Part shown: positions 1-7,897 of the stretch, piece by piece
Layout of the letters: each line of letters opens with the position of its first letter
Numbering within the stretch: position 1 is the stretch's first letter
DNA from: a virus
Virus record (IMG/VR): IMGVR_UViG_3300018017_000002
Span: 1 to 51,437 of that record
Length of the DNA stretch: 51,437 nucleotides
Strand: one strand, 5' to 3'
The notes under the pieces: model-generated
What the model was told of the DNA's origin: nothing
Database searches by the model: none
The model's input: only the letters and a program-made list of their open reading frames with translations
Made by a program: the position numbers and the translations under genes

Positions 1-123
1 ATTCTCGCATACAAATCTTTCCTGAATAGATTCTTATCAACCATTTCTCTTATATTGCGATTAGTTGCACACACAAACCTACATGAAATCTCTTTTTCAT
101 CTGCTGCACCGACAGGACGAATG
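1..123. repeat. terminal overlap identical to 51315..51437 (circular closure of the assembly)
   Basis: Direct comparison of the first 123 nt with the last 123 nt shows identity; an ORF reads through the join. Confidence 0.95.
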
Positions 124-680
124 TATCTTTTGCCATCAATAGGTTGTAATACATTAAGCAACTTAGCTTGTGTTGACAATGGCAAGTCGCCAATCTCATC
201 AAGAAACATTACTCCATCTTGGGCAGATAGTATTAGTCCTTTCTTACTGCTAGTTGCACCAGTAAATGCACCAGCAGTATGGCCAAACAGTTCTGACTCC
301 ACTAACTCTGCTGGCATAGCCGCGCAATTAATACGAGCAAATGTTCCTTGTCTATCACCTATCATTGCTCTAGCTATTAGCTCTTTACCAGTTCCAGTTT
401 CACCAGTAATAAGAACTTCATCATCAACTTTAGCTAGCTTCATAGCATCAGCTTTCATGGCTAGGGTATCTTCATCTTCGGTTATAAACTTCTTCAACCA
501 CAAAGCTGCTCCTGTAACCATATCTACTAACTGTCCATTCTCAATTCTAAACTTTAACTCAGGAGTAATATCTAGTAACTGTTGTACAGCTTCTACTTGT
601 CCAACAGCTAACAGAGAACGCAGAGTAGATTCTGTTGGAGCTATTCTATCAGGTGTGTTAGGTTTTTGTATTGATATCAT
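1..680 (-). CDS. sigma54-dependent transcriptional activator (bEBP, AAA+ core), 5' two-thirds; continues through the circular junction into 51314..51083 (303 aa when joined)
   Basis: Own reverse translation from ATG at 680: MISIQKPNTPDR...DDEVLITGETGTGKELIARA (Walker A)...ELFGHTAGAFTGATSS (GAFTGA loop)...DGVMFLDEIGDLPL (Walker B)...CATNRNIREMV. The + strand track ORF 55..714 is its shadow. Confidence 0.9.
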   Translation of the reverse strand, partial: MISIQKPNTPDRIAPTESTLRSLLAVGQVEAVQQLLDITPELKFRIENGQLVDMVTGAALWLKKFITEDEDTLAMKADAMKLAKVDDEVLITGETGTGKELIARAMIGDRQGTFARINCAAMPAELVESELFGHTAGAFTGATSSKKGLILSAQDGVMFLDEIGDLPLSTQAKLLNVLQPIDGKRYIRPVGAADEKEISCRFVCATNRNIREMVDKNLFRKDLYAR

Positions 681-838
681 AATCCAACTTTCTCAAAAGC
701 GTCCGCCATCTTAGTTAAGTCATCCTGAACTTCTGTTCCTTGTGTTCCTCTTTCCCTATCGATTTGATTTATCCATTTTACTAGAAGTCTTAACTTCACT
801 GATGGCACTAAATCTTTAGAGTCTAATTTAACTTTCAT
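677..838 (-). CDS. hypothetical small protein (53 aa)
   Basis: ORF below the track cutoff. Its ATG overlaps the stop of 835..1056 (ATGA) and its TGA overlaps the bEBP ATG (ATGA). Confidence 0.35.
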   Translation of the reverse strand: MKVKLDSKDLVPSVKLRLLVKWINQIDRERGTQGTEVQDDLTKMADAFEKVGL

Positions 839-1056
839 ATAATTTTCCTATCTTTCGGTTGTACTTTAATTCCCCATCTATACTGAAATTGCCCAGGTCG
901 TATATTGTATGACTTATTTATTCTACCTGCAAACTCAAAGTTCATACTATCATACAATGACCTAAGAGCTAACGACACTACAGGCGGAACTGTAACAGGT
1001 GCTATAGGCCTAAGCCCCAATGTTAACTGGTTGTTCTGACTCGTTATAGTTTTCAT
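835..1056 (-). CDS. hypothetical protein (73 aa)
   Basis: Track ORF with ATG start, in the same-strand gene chain; no motif recognised. Confidence 0.4.
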   Translation of the reverse strand: MKTITSQNNQLTLGLRPIAPVTVPPVVSLALRSLYDSMNFEFAGRINKSYNIRPGQFQYRWGIKVQPKDRKII

Positions 1057-1168
1057 CTTCTTCCATTACAGACAGACCATGTTCTTCAGCATCACGACGA
1101 CGCTGTTCTTTCTCATAGTCCTCAACTAAGAATTGGTATTCTTCACTTGCTAGTTTAAGTCCAATCAT
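1010..1168 (-). CDS. hypothetical acidic small protein (52 aa)
   Basis: MIGLKLASEEYQFLVEDYEKEQRRRDAEEHG...; ATG overlaps the stop of 1165..1437 (ATGA). It overlaps 835..1056 by 47 nt, so one of the two calls may be wrong. Confidence 0.3.
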   Translation of the reverse strand: MIGLKLASEEYQFLVEDYEKEQRRRDAEEHGLSVMEEDENYNESEQPVNIGA

Positions 1169-1437
1169 ACAACCTTATCTCCCTCTCTAAGTTCTTCATG
1201 TTGTTCTTCATCCTCATGCAACTCATGCACAATGGGGACTATATCGTCAGTTGGTACATGAACGAAGGATGGATTGGTTCTGGTAACTTTGATTTCACTT
1301 ATAAGAACCCTATAACATATTTGAAAGGGTTCAAGATAAAGAGCAACAGCATTGCACAACTGTTCATTTTCTAATGGAGCTTTGCCCTGTACTGAATCAG
1401 GAATCTCTACTTGTAGTTCTATTACTTTAGTTGTCAT
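1165..1437 (-). CDS. hypothetical protein (90 aa)
   Basis: Track ORF; ATG overlaps the ligase stop (ATGA). Confidence 0.55.
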   Translation of the reverse strand: MTTKVIELQVEIPDSVQGKAPLENEQLCNAVALYLEPFQICYRVLISEIKVTRTNPSFVHVPTDDIVPIVHELHEDEEQHEELREGDKVV

Positions 1438-2357
1438 ATAATATCTATTTCCTTTCTCGGCCCACAGTCTATTGGACTTCTTGGCTTAATCTTTTGACCA
1501 TGAGGCTTGAATTTAATTACTCTCGTTGTTCCAATATACTTATCTTGATTGAGCCAAATCTCTTTTCGTTTAGCATCTGTTAGACCAACACCAGTGCCAA
1601 CATTAAATTCTTGGCCAGTAACTAATGAGCGAACATGAAATCCGCCCATAGTTCCCTTGCCATATAAGTTAGATTTGCATGATGACCTGTCCATTTTGCC
1701 AACAGCATTATAGTTAGTAGGATTGGCATTTTCCATTTGCTCATAAATATCCAGCACTAATACTTCTTGTCTTACATAGCGAGCTAGTTTAATAAGATAT
1801 TGTTCTTCTATAGTAGAGCGTCCTTGTTTGTACGGCGAGTTAGGTGTACGAAAACATATACCTTCTCCATGTTCCTGTTCAAAAATCTTAAATGTTCTAA
1901 ATAAAGTTTCAGCATCTTGACATGGAAAAGGATATTGGTATTCAGTATCTTTCCAGTCATAGTGACGTATATTAATGATTGCTTGATTGTATCTTGTTTG
2001 ATATGGAAGTTCACCAAACCAGTCCAGTATATGAAACTGTATTAAATCCGACCTCTCATGCTCCTTGGACATAACTATAGATTCTATCTCATCATAATTA
2101 AGCTCAGGATTCCATAATTCCATATCAAATCCTGCTGGCAATTTCATTGCTCTAGCCCTTATGGAATAGTTAGGTATTAGTTTAAGTGTACGGCTATACA
2201 AATCGTTTAACTTAATAGCCCTTATGCCATCCTTCTTTAGTGTGGCTAGTACAGGATACCTTAGCTTCTGCATAGCCGCTAGTATGTTCTCATTAGTATG
2301 CTCTTGGTCAGGTCGCAAGAGGGAGGCAGCTAGCATAGGTTTCTTGAAGTTTAGCAT
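1434..2357 (-). CDS. ATP-dependent DNA ligase (minimal phage type)
   Basis: 307 aa; KxDG adenylation motif in ...LATLKKDGIRAIKL...; size typical of minimal phage ligases. Confidence 0.85.
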   Translation of the reverse strand: MLNFKKPMLAASLLRPDQEHTNENILAAMQKLRYPVLATLKKDGIRAIKLNDLYSRTLKLIPNYSIRARAMKLPAGFDMELWNPELNYDEIESIVMSKEHERSDLIQFHILDWFGELPYQTRYNQAIINIRHYDWKDTEYQYPFPCQDAETLFRTFKIFEQEHGEGICFRTPNSPYKQGRSTIEEQYLIKLARYVRQEVLVLDIYEQMENANPTNYNAVGKMDRSSCKSNLYGKGTMGGFHVRSLVTGQEFNVGTGVGLTDAKRKEIWLNQDKYIGTTRVIKFKPHGQKIKPRSPIDCGPRKEIDII

Positions 2358-2554
2358 ACAGTCTCATATCCATTAAAAGTGCCTTCTTCTATGAGAAGCT
2401 TTACATTTTTTGGCAAATCAACATTACCTTTTAAAATAGATTTTGCTAACTTAGCCACCCTTTTATTTACCAAATCTGGTTTAATAATACTATCCCAAGT
2501 AGAAACTCCATACTCCCTTGGGTCAATACACATCGTAATTGTTATTCTATACAT
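2351..2554 (-). CDS. hypothetical protein (67 aa)
   Basis: Track ORF 2351..2620 trimmed to the ATG at 2554 (MYRITITMCID...), which lies 1 nt after the helicase stop. Confidence 0.5.
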   Translation of the reverse strand: MYRITITMCIDPREYGVSTWDSIIKPDLVNKRVAKLAKSILKGNVDLPKNVKLLIEEGTFNGYETVC

Positions 2555-2555
2555 A

Positions 2556-4817
2556 TTATTCCTCACTTTCTTCTCCACCAAGTTCATGTTGTTCTTCATC
2601 AGTATCAGGTGGTGGCCCATTCTCTACTAATGCTCTTGCTAACTCTTTTGCTTTGTGATAGTTAGTAATAAGGTCTTGCCAATTCTCATGCTGTCTTACA
2701 ACTTTAGATAGACACTTAAGTCTATGTGTAACTACGAAAGCCTGTTCTTCTTCTACTGTTCCACGATAGTATAGGAAGTTTTGTATAGTATCTGATAGAC
2801 TGGTTAGTCTAGGTACACGACCGCAACCCTGGACGAGTTCGATAGGACTCCAAGTTGGGCCAACAGTTGCTTTACGAGGTCTTGTGGGTACATTTGCAAT
2901 ATCCTCAACAACTGCATACCCGTTCTTTTGTCTACGAACTTTGTAGGTAGTTTGTTCATCGGTATGATGCAAGGATAGGCCAACACCCCCCGCTTTGTAC
3001 GTGTAAATACAATACAAACTCTTACCTGATTGGAATCTATCGATTTCATGTTGTCTTTGCTCCTTTGATTGATTGCCTAGTCGTAATTCTTTTGGTAAAT
3101 CTTCAAGAACTCTATCGTCAACCTCATCAAGCATCATATCTTCCATTGTTACCCCTGCTTCTTGAAATGTTTTTAAGTTAGCAGTAACTTTAGCCTTCAA
3201 TTTCTGCTTGGCTGTTAGCTGTGTTTGCCCGCCACCCCATATAAGTGATATATTATTACGGTCAATGCCATACTTATCATGCAGTATCTTAGTAACTGCT
3301 ATGATAGTTTTCTTAAACTTACAAGCTAGTACAGCAGCATAACCTTCTTGAACATCATGATACATTCTAGCCGCAAAAATATAACGCTTACAGTATTCAG
3401 CAGCAGCTAAGAATATACCTAGTTCTACTAGAGCTTGAAATCTAGGATTGTCAGTAATAGATTCTTCTAGCTTGGCTTTCCTTATCAGATACTTCTCCCA
3501 TGCTTCGTCATATTCTTTACGAGTTTCAGGTGAGTCAAAATCTATTATTTCTACACTATTAATAGCATTGAACTGCCATCTTACACCTTTGACTCGTACA
3601 ATATAGTCATCCAAATCTTTCATTAGCCTCTCTACGGCAGCCTCATTATACTCATCAGGTGGTGAGGGTGACGAAATAGCTGCTGCATAAGTGGGCCAAG
3701 TACTCTCAGACAATCTAGTTCCATGTGGAAATCCTAGATGAGATATGTCTTTCTTAGTTGCAATAGCGAAAGCCTTGGCTTCACTTACACGAGTAAAAGG
3801 AGTAGCTGATAAGAATATTTGTGTGGTTGGTGTATCAATAGCTGAATATTTAATAGCTATCTTATGTTGTATAGATGTATCATTCTTCAATGTTTGACAT
3901 TCATCCCAGAATATAACACAAGGATTGATTAGTTTCTTCCACTCATACACTTCTCTTTCTTCCCCATCAACAATAATATTCTTACACATTATCCATAGCT
4001 GTCCAGCCCTAGCTCTTAGCTGTTCAATGTTAATAACTTCTGTGTCAGATGGATGCTTAATTCCGAAAAACTTAGCATTAACTCTCTTAGTCTGCTCAAC
4101 AACTGATGAACGAGTTATAGATAGATAGTTAACATGACCCCATGTTTTATCAGCTTCAAACTTTCTATCTTTAAGTCGTCTATCTATTGCAGCACAAATA
4201 AATGTTTTACCTGTTCCAGTAGATGCAATGATTAGTATAGCTGGTTTCTTATCATCACACACTTTATCCAATGCTTCCTTCGTAGCTTTCTTTTGAAACC
4301 AGAATAGAAAACCTTTCTCTAAAGCAGATGGTGCTAGACCATAGTCATTACTATTATTGAATCCAGATTCGTCTAACGAGCTAACGGCTTGGCTGGTTTG
4401 AAAGTGTGGAACAGCATCTTGTACTTTGTTTTCGGCAATGCTAGGTAATAAGGATTGGGGAGATTCTTGTTTTGTATCGGCAACTGGATTGGCAACTGGT
4501 GTAGGAACAGTACTTTTATTTTCAGTTTCATATTTCCTTTCTTTCAGTTTGTTTTCCAAATCATCGGACAGTTTAGTACACCAGGCTTTTAGTTGTACTA
4601 TGTCTATAGGTTTGTCACACTGTTCTTGTGTAAAGTTAGCCAATATGTAGGCATCATCGTAGCCGGTAACATGGTAACAGTCTCTCCATGTTTTGATATT
4701 ACCAAAGGAGAACTGTGACTTTAGTTTATTAGTTATACCTAGTATAACTTGCCTTTGCTGTCGTTCAGCTTTGGCTATAGCTTTGATTGCTTGTTGTTCT
4801 TTTGTATCGGTTGACAT
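2556..4817 (-). CDS. SNF2/DEAD-like superfamily-2 helicase
   Basis: 753 aa; Walker A ...IIASTGTGKTFI..., DExQ box ...VIFWDECQTL..., C-terminal lobe ...YKAGGVGLSLHH... Confidence 0.8.
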   Translation of the reverse strand: MSTDTKEQQAIKAIAKAERQQRQVILGITNKLKSQFSFGNIKTWRDCYHVTGYDDAYILANFTQEQCDKPIDIVQLKAWCTKLSDDLENKLKERKYETENKSTVPTPVANPVADTKQESPQSLLPSIAENKVQDAVPHFQTSQAVSSLDESGFNNSNDYGLAPSALEKGFLFWFQKKATKEALDKVCDDKKPAILIIASTGTGKTFICAAIDRRLKDRKFEADKTWGHVNYLSITRSSVVEQTKRVNAKFFGIKHPSDTEVINIEQLRARAGQLWIMCKNIIVDGEEREVYEWKKLINPCVIFWDECQTLKNDTSIQHKIAIKYSAIDTPTTQIFLSATPFTRVSEAKAFAIATKKDISHLGFPHGTRLSESTWPTYAAAISSPSPPDEYNEAAVERLMKDLDDYIVRVKGVRWQFNAINSVEIIDFDSPETRKEYDEAWEKYLIRKAKLEESITDNPRFQALVELGIFLAAAEYCKRYIFAARMYHDVQEGYAAVLACKFKKTIIAVTKILHDKYGIDRNNISLIWGGGQTQLTAKQKLKAKVTANLKTFQEAGVTMEDMMLDEVDDRVLEDLPKELRLGNQSKEQRQHEIDRFQSGKSLYCIYTYKAGGVGLSLHHTDEQTTYKVRRQKNGYAVVEDIANVPTRPRKATVGPTWSPIELVQGCGRVPRLTSLSDTIQNFLYYRGTVEEEQAFVVTHRLKCLSKVVRQHENWQDLITNYHKAKELARALVENGPPPDTDEEQHELGGEESEE

Positions 4818-4882
4818 AAATTAGTCAGGCTCAGCGCAAATTATTGCCCATGCAGGTAAAGTAGATAATGTTGGCTGTTGTT

Positions 4883-5335
4883 TCATAATTCCTCCTCTTT
4901 AGTTATAATTTTCTTTAGTCCTAAATAATCCAACACATCTTTATTACCTTTACCAAACACTCTAGCAGCTATTGGCCTAGCTTGTTCTATTGACATTTTG
5001 GTTTCTTTGGCTATTGCTCTAGCTAAGTCATCAATATTCCTATCCTTAATCCACCTAGCTATACGTTCTTTGTGTGCATGTAATTTTTGTCTTGTGTAAG
5101 TATCATTAGAAGCTTTCCATTCAGAGTATCTCCACAAGAGAGGATATTCTAGTGGTTCGCCATCTTTGTCATTGAACTCTACCTTCCATTTAGTAGAGTC
5201 CTTTAGTTTGATAGATAGTATCGTGCCTGTCAAGGGAGTTATTCTGGCACACATTATACCATTAGAATCATCACCTAATATATTCCAGATTAAATCTTGT
5301 AAAGGCAGGCTAGTTAAGTCATCATTAGATTTCAT
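4883..5335 (-). CDS. hypothetical protein (150 aa)
   Basis: Track ORF with ATG start; AT-rich backbone composition. Confidence 0.55.
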   Translation of the reverse strand: MKSNDDLTSLPLQDLIWNILGDDSNGIMCARITPLTGTILSIKLKDSTKWKVEFNDKDGEPLEYPLLWRYSEWKASNDTYTRQKLHAHKERIARWIKDRNIDDLARAIAKETKMSIEQARPIAARVFGKGNKDVLDYLGLKKIITKEEEL

Positions 5336-5374
5336 CTATTACTCTGGCAACTCCTTTCGTTCCTTTGCGTCGGC

Positions 5375-5435
5375 GAGGATTTCTTTTGAAATCCTCATCA
5401 GGCATGGTTAAACCATGCGACGGGCCGAAGCCCGT
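5375..5435 (-). terminator. three consecutive hairpins at the left edge of GC island 1
   Basis: GAGGATTTC-TTTT-GAAATCCTC (5375-5396), GCATGG-TTAAA-CCATGC (5402-5418), ACGGGC-CGAA-GCCCGT (5420-5435). They sit directly after the stop of the Gly-X repeat gene. Confidence 0.5.
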
Positions 5436-5441
5436 TTCGGA

Positions 5442-5747
5442 TTAAGAGCCGTAGCCGTCGCCGGAGCCGTCGCCGTCGCCGTAGCCGTAGCCGTAGCCGT
5501 AGCCGTAGCCGGAGCCGGAGCCGGAGCCGTCGCCGTAGCCGTAGCCGTCGCCGTCGCCGGAGCCGGAGCCGTAGCCGTCGCCGTCGCCGTAGCCGTAGCC
5601 GTAGCCGTGGCCGTAGCCGTAGCCGTAGCCGTTGCCGGAGCCGTAGCCGGAGCCGCGGCCGTAGCCGTAGCCGGAGCCGTGGCCGGAGCCGGAGCCGACA
5701 TGCTGTGAATCCTCAAAGTTCACAGCCGCACTGGATGGTGTTACCAT
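5442..5747 (-). CDS. (Gly-X)n low-complexity protein, Gly/Tyr/Ser/Asp-rich (101 aa)
   Basis: In this frame every repeat codon ends in C (GGC, TAC, TCC, GAC, CAC, AAC, CGC). The ATG at 5747 overlaps the TAA of the upstream gene (ATGGTAA). The other two repeat-spanning frames look like shadows. Confidence 0.6.
   Translation of the reverse strand: MVTPSSAAVNFEDSQHVGSGSGHGSGYGYGRGSGYGSGNGYGYGYGHGYGYGYGDGDGYGSGSGDGDGYGYGDGSGSGSGYGYGYGYGYGDGDGSGDGYGS
5448..5699. repeat. imperfect tandem hexanucleotide repeat (GCCGTA/GCCGGA/GCCGTC)n
   Basis: Read directly; about 40 units with variation confined to two positions per unit. Confidence 0.9.
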
Positions 5748-6190
5748 TTGGATTGATTGACGGTTATGGTGTGGACGACTGTCAACCAGTCGAATTCCAC
5801 CACTCCGTCACATTTGTCCAGCACGGTGGACTTGGTTGCGCCATTGACCAGCTCTGCCAATCCGTTTTTGGTGCCCCATTGACGGATGCATGATGCGTTG
5901 TGCAGTTTGCAGTCGTTGCCGGTGCGCTCAAATCGGCCCACATAAACCCAGCCGCGCTGGAGCACTACTATTTTTATGTCTCCAGTGTGCTCGACGCCTT
6001 TCACTGAGTCCTTGCGGACATATTTGACGCCGTTGATTTCCACCTCATTGATGTCTGTCTTGTCTATCATGTTGTTTTCTTTCTTTTGCTGCCATAAACG
6101 GCAGAATCCGCAGCCATGTTTTGCAAGGCTGCGTTGTTCTGCTGATGGTTTTACATGCAGATTGCGATTTTGTGCAGTCTGGGCGGGCAT
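5741..6190 (-). CDS. hypothetical protein (149 aa; alternative ATG at 6070 gives 109 aa)
   Basis: GC-rich ORF coupled to the Gly-X gene. The internal start MIDKTDINEV... is preceded by a purine-rich stretch. Confidence 0.6.
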   Translation of the reverse strand: MPAQTAQNRNLHVKPSAEQRSLAKHGCGFCRLWQQKKENNMIDKTDINEVEINGVKYVRKDSVKGVEHTGDIKIVVLQRGWVYVGRFERTGNDCKLHNASCIRQWGTKNGLAELVNGATKSTVLDKCDGVVEFDWLTVVHTITVNQSKW

Positions 6191-6284
6191 TCAAAACACT
6201 CAGCGGGAGCGGCGACAATGCGACCAATTTCACGACTTATGGCATCCGTCTCCGGTGTTTTTGATTCATTCATAAATTAAAGAG

Positions 6285-6372
6285 TGAGCGCGGCAGGATT
6301 TGAACCTGCATGACCGCATAAGTCAGGGGCTTCTATGCTCACCCTTGCGTCTTTTCATTCCGCCACGCGCTC
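6285..6372 (-). tRNA. class-II (Leu-like) tRNA-like element with an aberrant anticodon arm and D-loop
   Basis: Acceptor GAGCGCG/CGCGCTC; D-arm TGGCGGAATGAAAAGACGC (Leu-like but lacks GG); T-arm GCAGG-TTCAAAT-CCTGC; long variable arm GAC-TTATGCG-GTC. The anticodon region AGGGT-GAGCATAGAAG-CCCCT gives only 4 bp and an 11-13 nt loop. No CCA is encoded. Confidence 0.5.
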
Positions 6373-6382
6373 ATAAATAAGT

Positions 6383-6501
6383 TGGCCTAAGCAGGACTTG
6401 AACCTGCATGATAAACATGTCTGTTTCTCTCGGCTGTTAACTAGCCTAGCGTCTCTGCCTATCGTTGCCCACTGGGGTCGTACAGTTTTCGCCATTAGAC
6501 C
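6383..6501 (-). tRNA. second tRNA-like element: good class-II 3' half, irregular 5' half (119 nt if the acceptor is GGTCTAA/TTAGGCC)
   Basis: T-arm GCAGG-TTCAAGT-CCTGC, acceptor 3' strand TTAGGCC, variable hairpin AAACA-GACA-TGTTT, anticodon-like hairpin GGCT-AGTTAAC-AGCC. About 30 extra nt lie between the D region and the anticodon arm. Confidence 0.3.
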
Positions 6502-6620
6502 AACCAAAATTACACCACCCGGTCTTACATAAGCTTGCCGAGTTATTCGACCTGCCTTTGTTAATGTTATGTCGTTGACTTTCATGTTGCCCACTAACAC
6601 TGTAAGCTGGCTGGGTGGTG

Positions 6621-6785
6621 TTAAATTAGCTGAGGTTTATTTGTTCTGTTATAAAAGTTTTTACATTTTTTGCACCAACGAAAGCCATGTAACATTGGTT
6701 CAAGCACACAATGAATTGGTCGAGTAACTGTCATATTATGCCTACCACATAAGCAAAGGAATCTACCTGAATAGTTAATGTGCAT
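6621..6785 (-). CDS. hypothetical small Cys-rich protein (54 aa)
   Basis: MHINYSGRFLCLCGRHNMTVTRPIHCVLEPMLHGFRWCKKCKNF...; below the track cutoff, in the AT-rich spacer inside island 1. Confidence 0.3.
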   Translation of the reverse strand: MHINYSGRFLCLCGRHNMTVTRPIHCVLEPMLHGFRWCKKCKNFYNRTNKPQLI

Positions 6786-6853
6786 TACAAATAGCATACT
6801 ACTCCTTCAAAACTCCACATGGTTTCCATGTCAAGCCGTGGTCAAGGGAGTGT

Positions 6854-7747
6854 TCATTTTTCCTCCTTTCCCTCAGCCTTGTGCTTCTTCTTGAGCGCCA
6901 GTTTGACTGCCCGCGTCTCGCACGGCTTCATGGCGTCACGAATCCGCTTGGACAGTGATGGGAACATGTTGACCAGAAACTCCCGGCCACCATCGCAGTC
7001 CTGAACCTTCTTGGCCTCGTTGCCATCGTAGAAGTTCTTGAGGCACTGTGCCAGTATGCGGCTGGCCTTCTCCTGCCCGCCGCTGTTATGGGACTGCTCC
7101 ATGTATTTGACATAGGCCCGAGCCTGTGTGGACATGTTCTCCAATGAGGATATTTGATTGGCGAACGCCCTTGCCTTCTCCTGCTCCCCGTGGTGGAACA
7201 TGGCCAGCGGCCCGACCACATAGCCCTTTCGCCGTGTCTGCCCCACAACACAGTCGATTACAGCCTCGATGTCCTTCCCCCACAGCTCATGGATGAGCAT
7301 GGAATTGGTCGTGGAGAGCCTTCTGGCTCCGCCCGAAGGATAGACCAGCATGGCTATGCAACGGCACGCAGCCGCCGTCAGAACGCCATTCTTGATGCCG
7401 TGAAGCTGCATCTGCTGTCCGGTCTGCCGGAATCGCCCACGGTCAATCGTGTCCATCGAATTCAGCTCGATGCCGTTCTTGTTCTCCTGCACCGGAATGT
7501 CGTATGTGACTAGCGACTCGATTGACTTGCCGCTGAACACGACGGCCCATAGCCGGTGCTGTCCGTCGCAGAGATTGCCGTCGGTGTCGAAGGCTATTCC
7601 CTGATGATTCAACACCCAGCGCCCGTTTCGCATGTCGGCGGCATACGCCTGAACGGTGTTCTCCGACACCTTGCGGTTGCGCGGGTTGTGCTTCTCCAGA
7701 ACGTCAATGGCCCATTCGGGAGTTATTGTCTCAACTTTTACTCGCAT
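6854..7747 (-). CDS. ParB/Srx-fold (ParB-like nuclease domain) protein
   Basis: 297 aa; ...NHQGIAFDTDGNLCDGQHRLWAVV... matches the DGQHR box of ParB N-terminal domains. GC-rich. Confidence 0.7.
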   Translation of the reverse strand: MRVKVETITPEWAIDVLEKHNPRNRKVSENTVQAYAADMRNGRWVLNHQGIAFDTDGNLCDGQHRLWAVVFSGKSIESLVTYDIPVQENKNGIELNSMDTIDRGRFRQTGQQMQLHGIKNGVLTAAACRCIAMLVYPSGGARRLSTTNSMLIHELWGKDIEAVIDCVVGQTRRKGYVVGPLAMFHHGEQEKARAFANQISSLENMSTQARAYVKYMEQSHNSGGQEKASRILAQCLKNFYDGNEAKKVQDCDGGREFLVNMFPSLSKRIRDAMKPCETRAVKLALKKKHKAEGKEEK

Positions 7748-7897
7748 TTGTCAGTCCTTTCTTTTGAATGACGGTCGGGTTTGATGCGATAGCGCCTTTT
7801 TGTTTCATTCTCATTCATAATTATTTTATTTGTTGTTCAATATTTAGAAACTAATTGCCGCCCTCAGTTTATACAAAGAGCGGACTTAGTTACTAAC

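Larger units (their letters stand above)
5405..7795. other. GC-rich compositional island 1 (bipartite: about 5405-6290 and 6854-7795, separated by tRNA-like elements and an AT-rich spacer)
   Basis: Abrupt by-eye change from AT-rich backbone to GC-rich, GC3-biased coding sequence at both edges. Confidence 0.75.

Noticed and set aside
55-714. 219-aa + strand track ORF
   Set aside because: It starts with TTG, has Ser/Ala/Ile-rich low-information sequence, and lies exactly antisense to the activator gene, whose AAA+ motifs are unmistakable. It is a shadow ORF.
5245-5260. TGGCAC-ACATT-ATACC on the + strand
   Set aside because: The -12 GC is replaced by AC, and the site is antisense inside a minus-strand gene.
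5448-5699. Possible CRISPR array or other spacer-repeat structure
   Set aside because: The units are 6 nt with no unique spacers. This is a coding microsatellite. The same holds for 10236-10379.
5408-5716. Ala/Thr/Pro-rich (minus) and Ala/Val/Gly-rich (plus, 5415..5708) ORFs across the hexanucleotide repeat
   Set aside because: Any frame stays open across this repeat. Only the Gly-X frame has a uniform C at the third codon position and a coupled start, so the other two are treated as artefacts.
6355-6600. 81-aa minus-strand track ORF
   Set aside because: It overlaps both tRNA-like elements and has no coupled start or recognisable motif. It more likely reflects an open frame across structured RNA.
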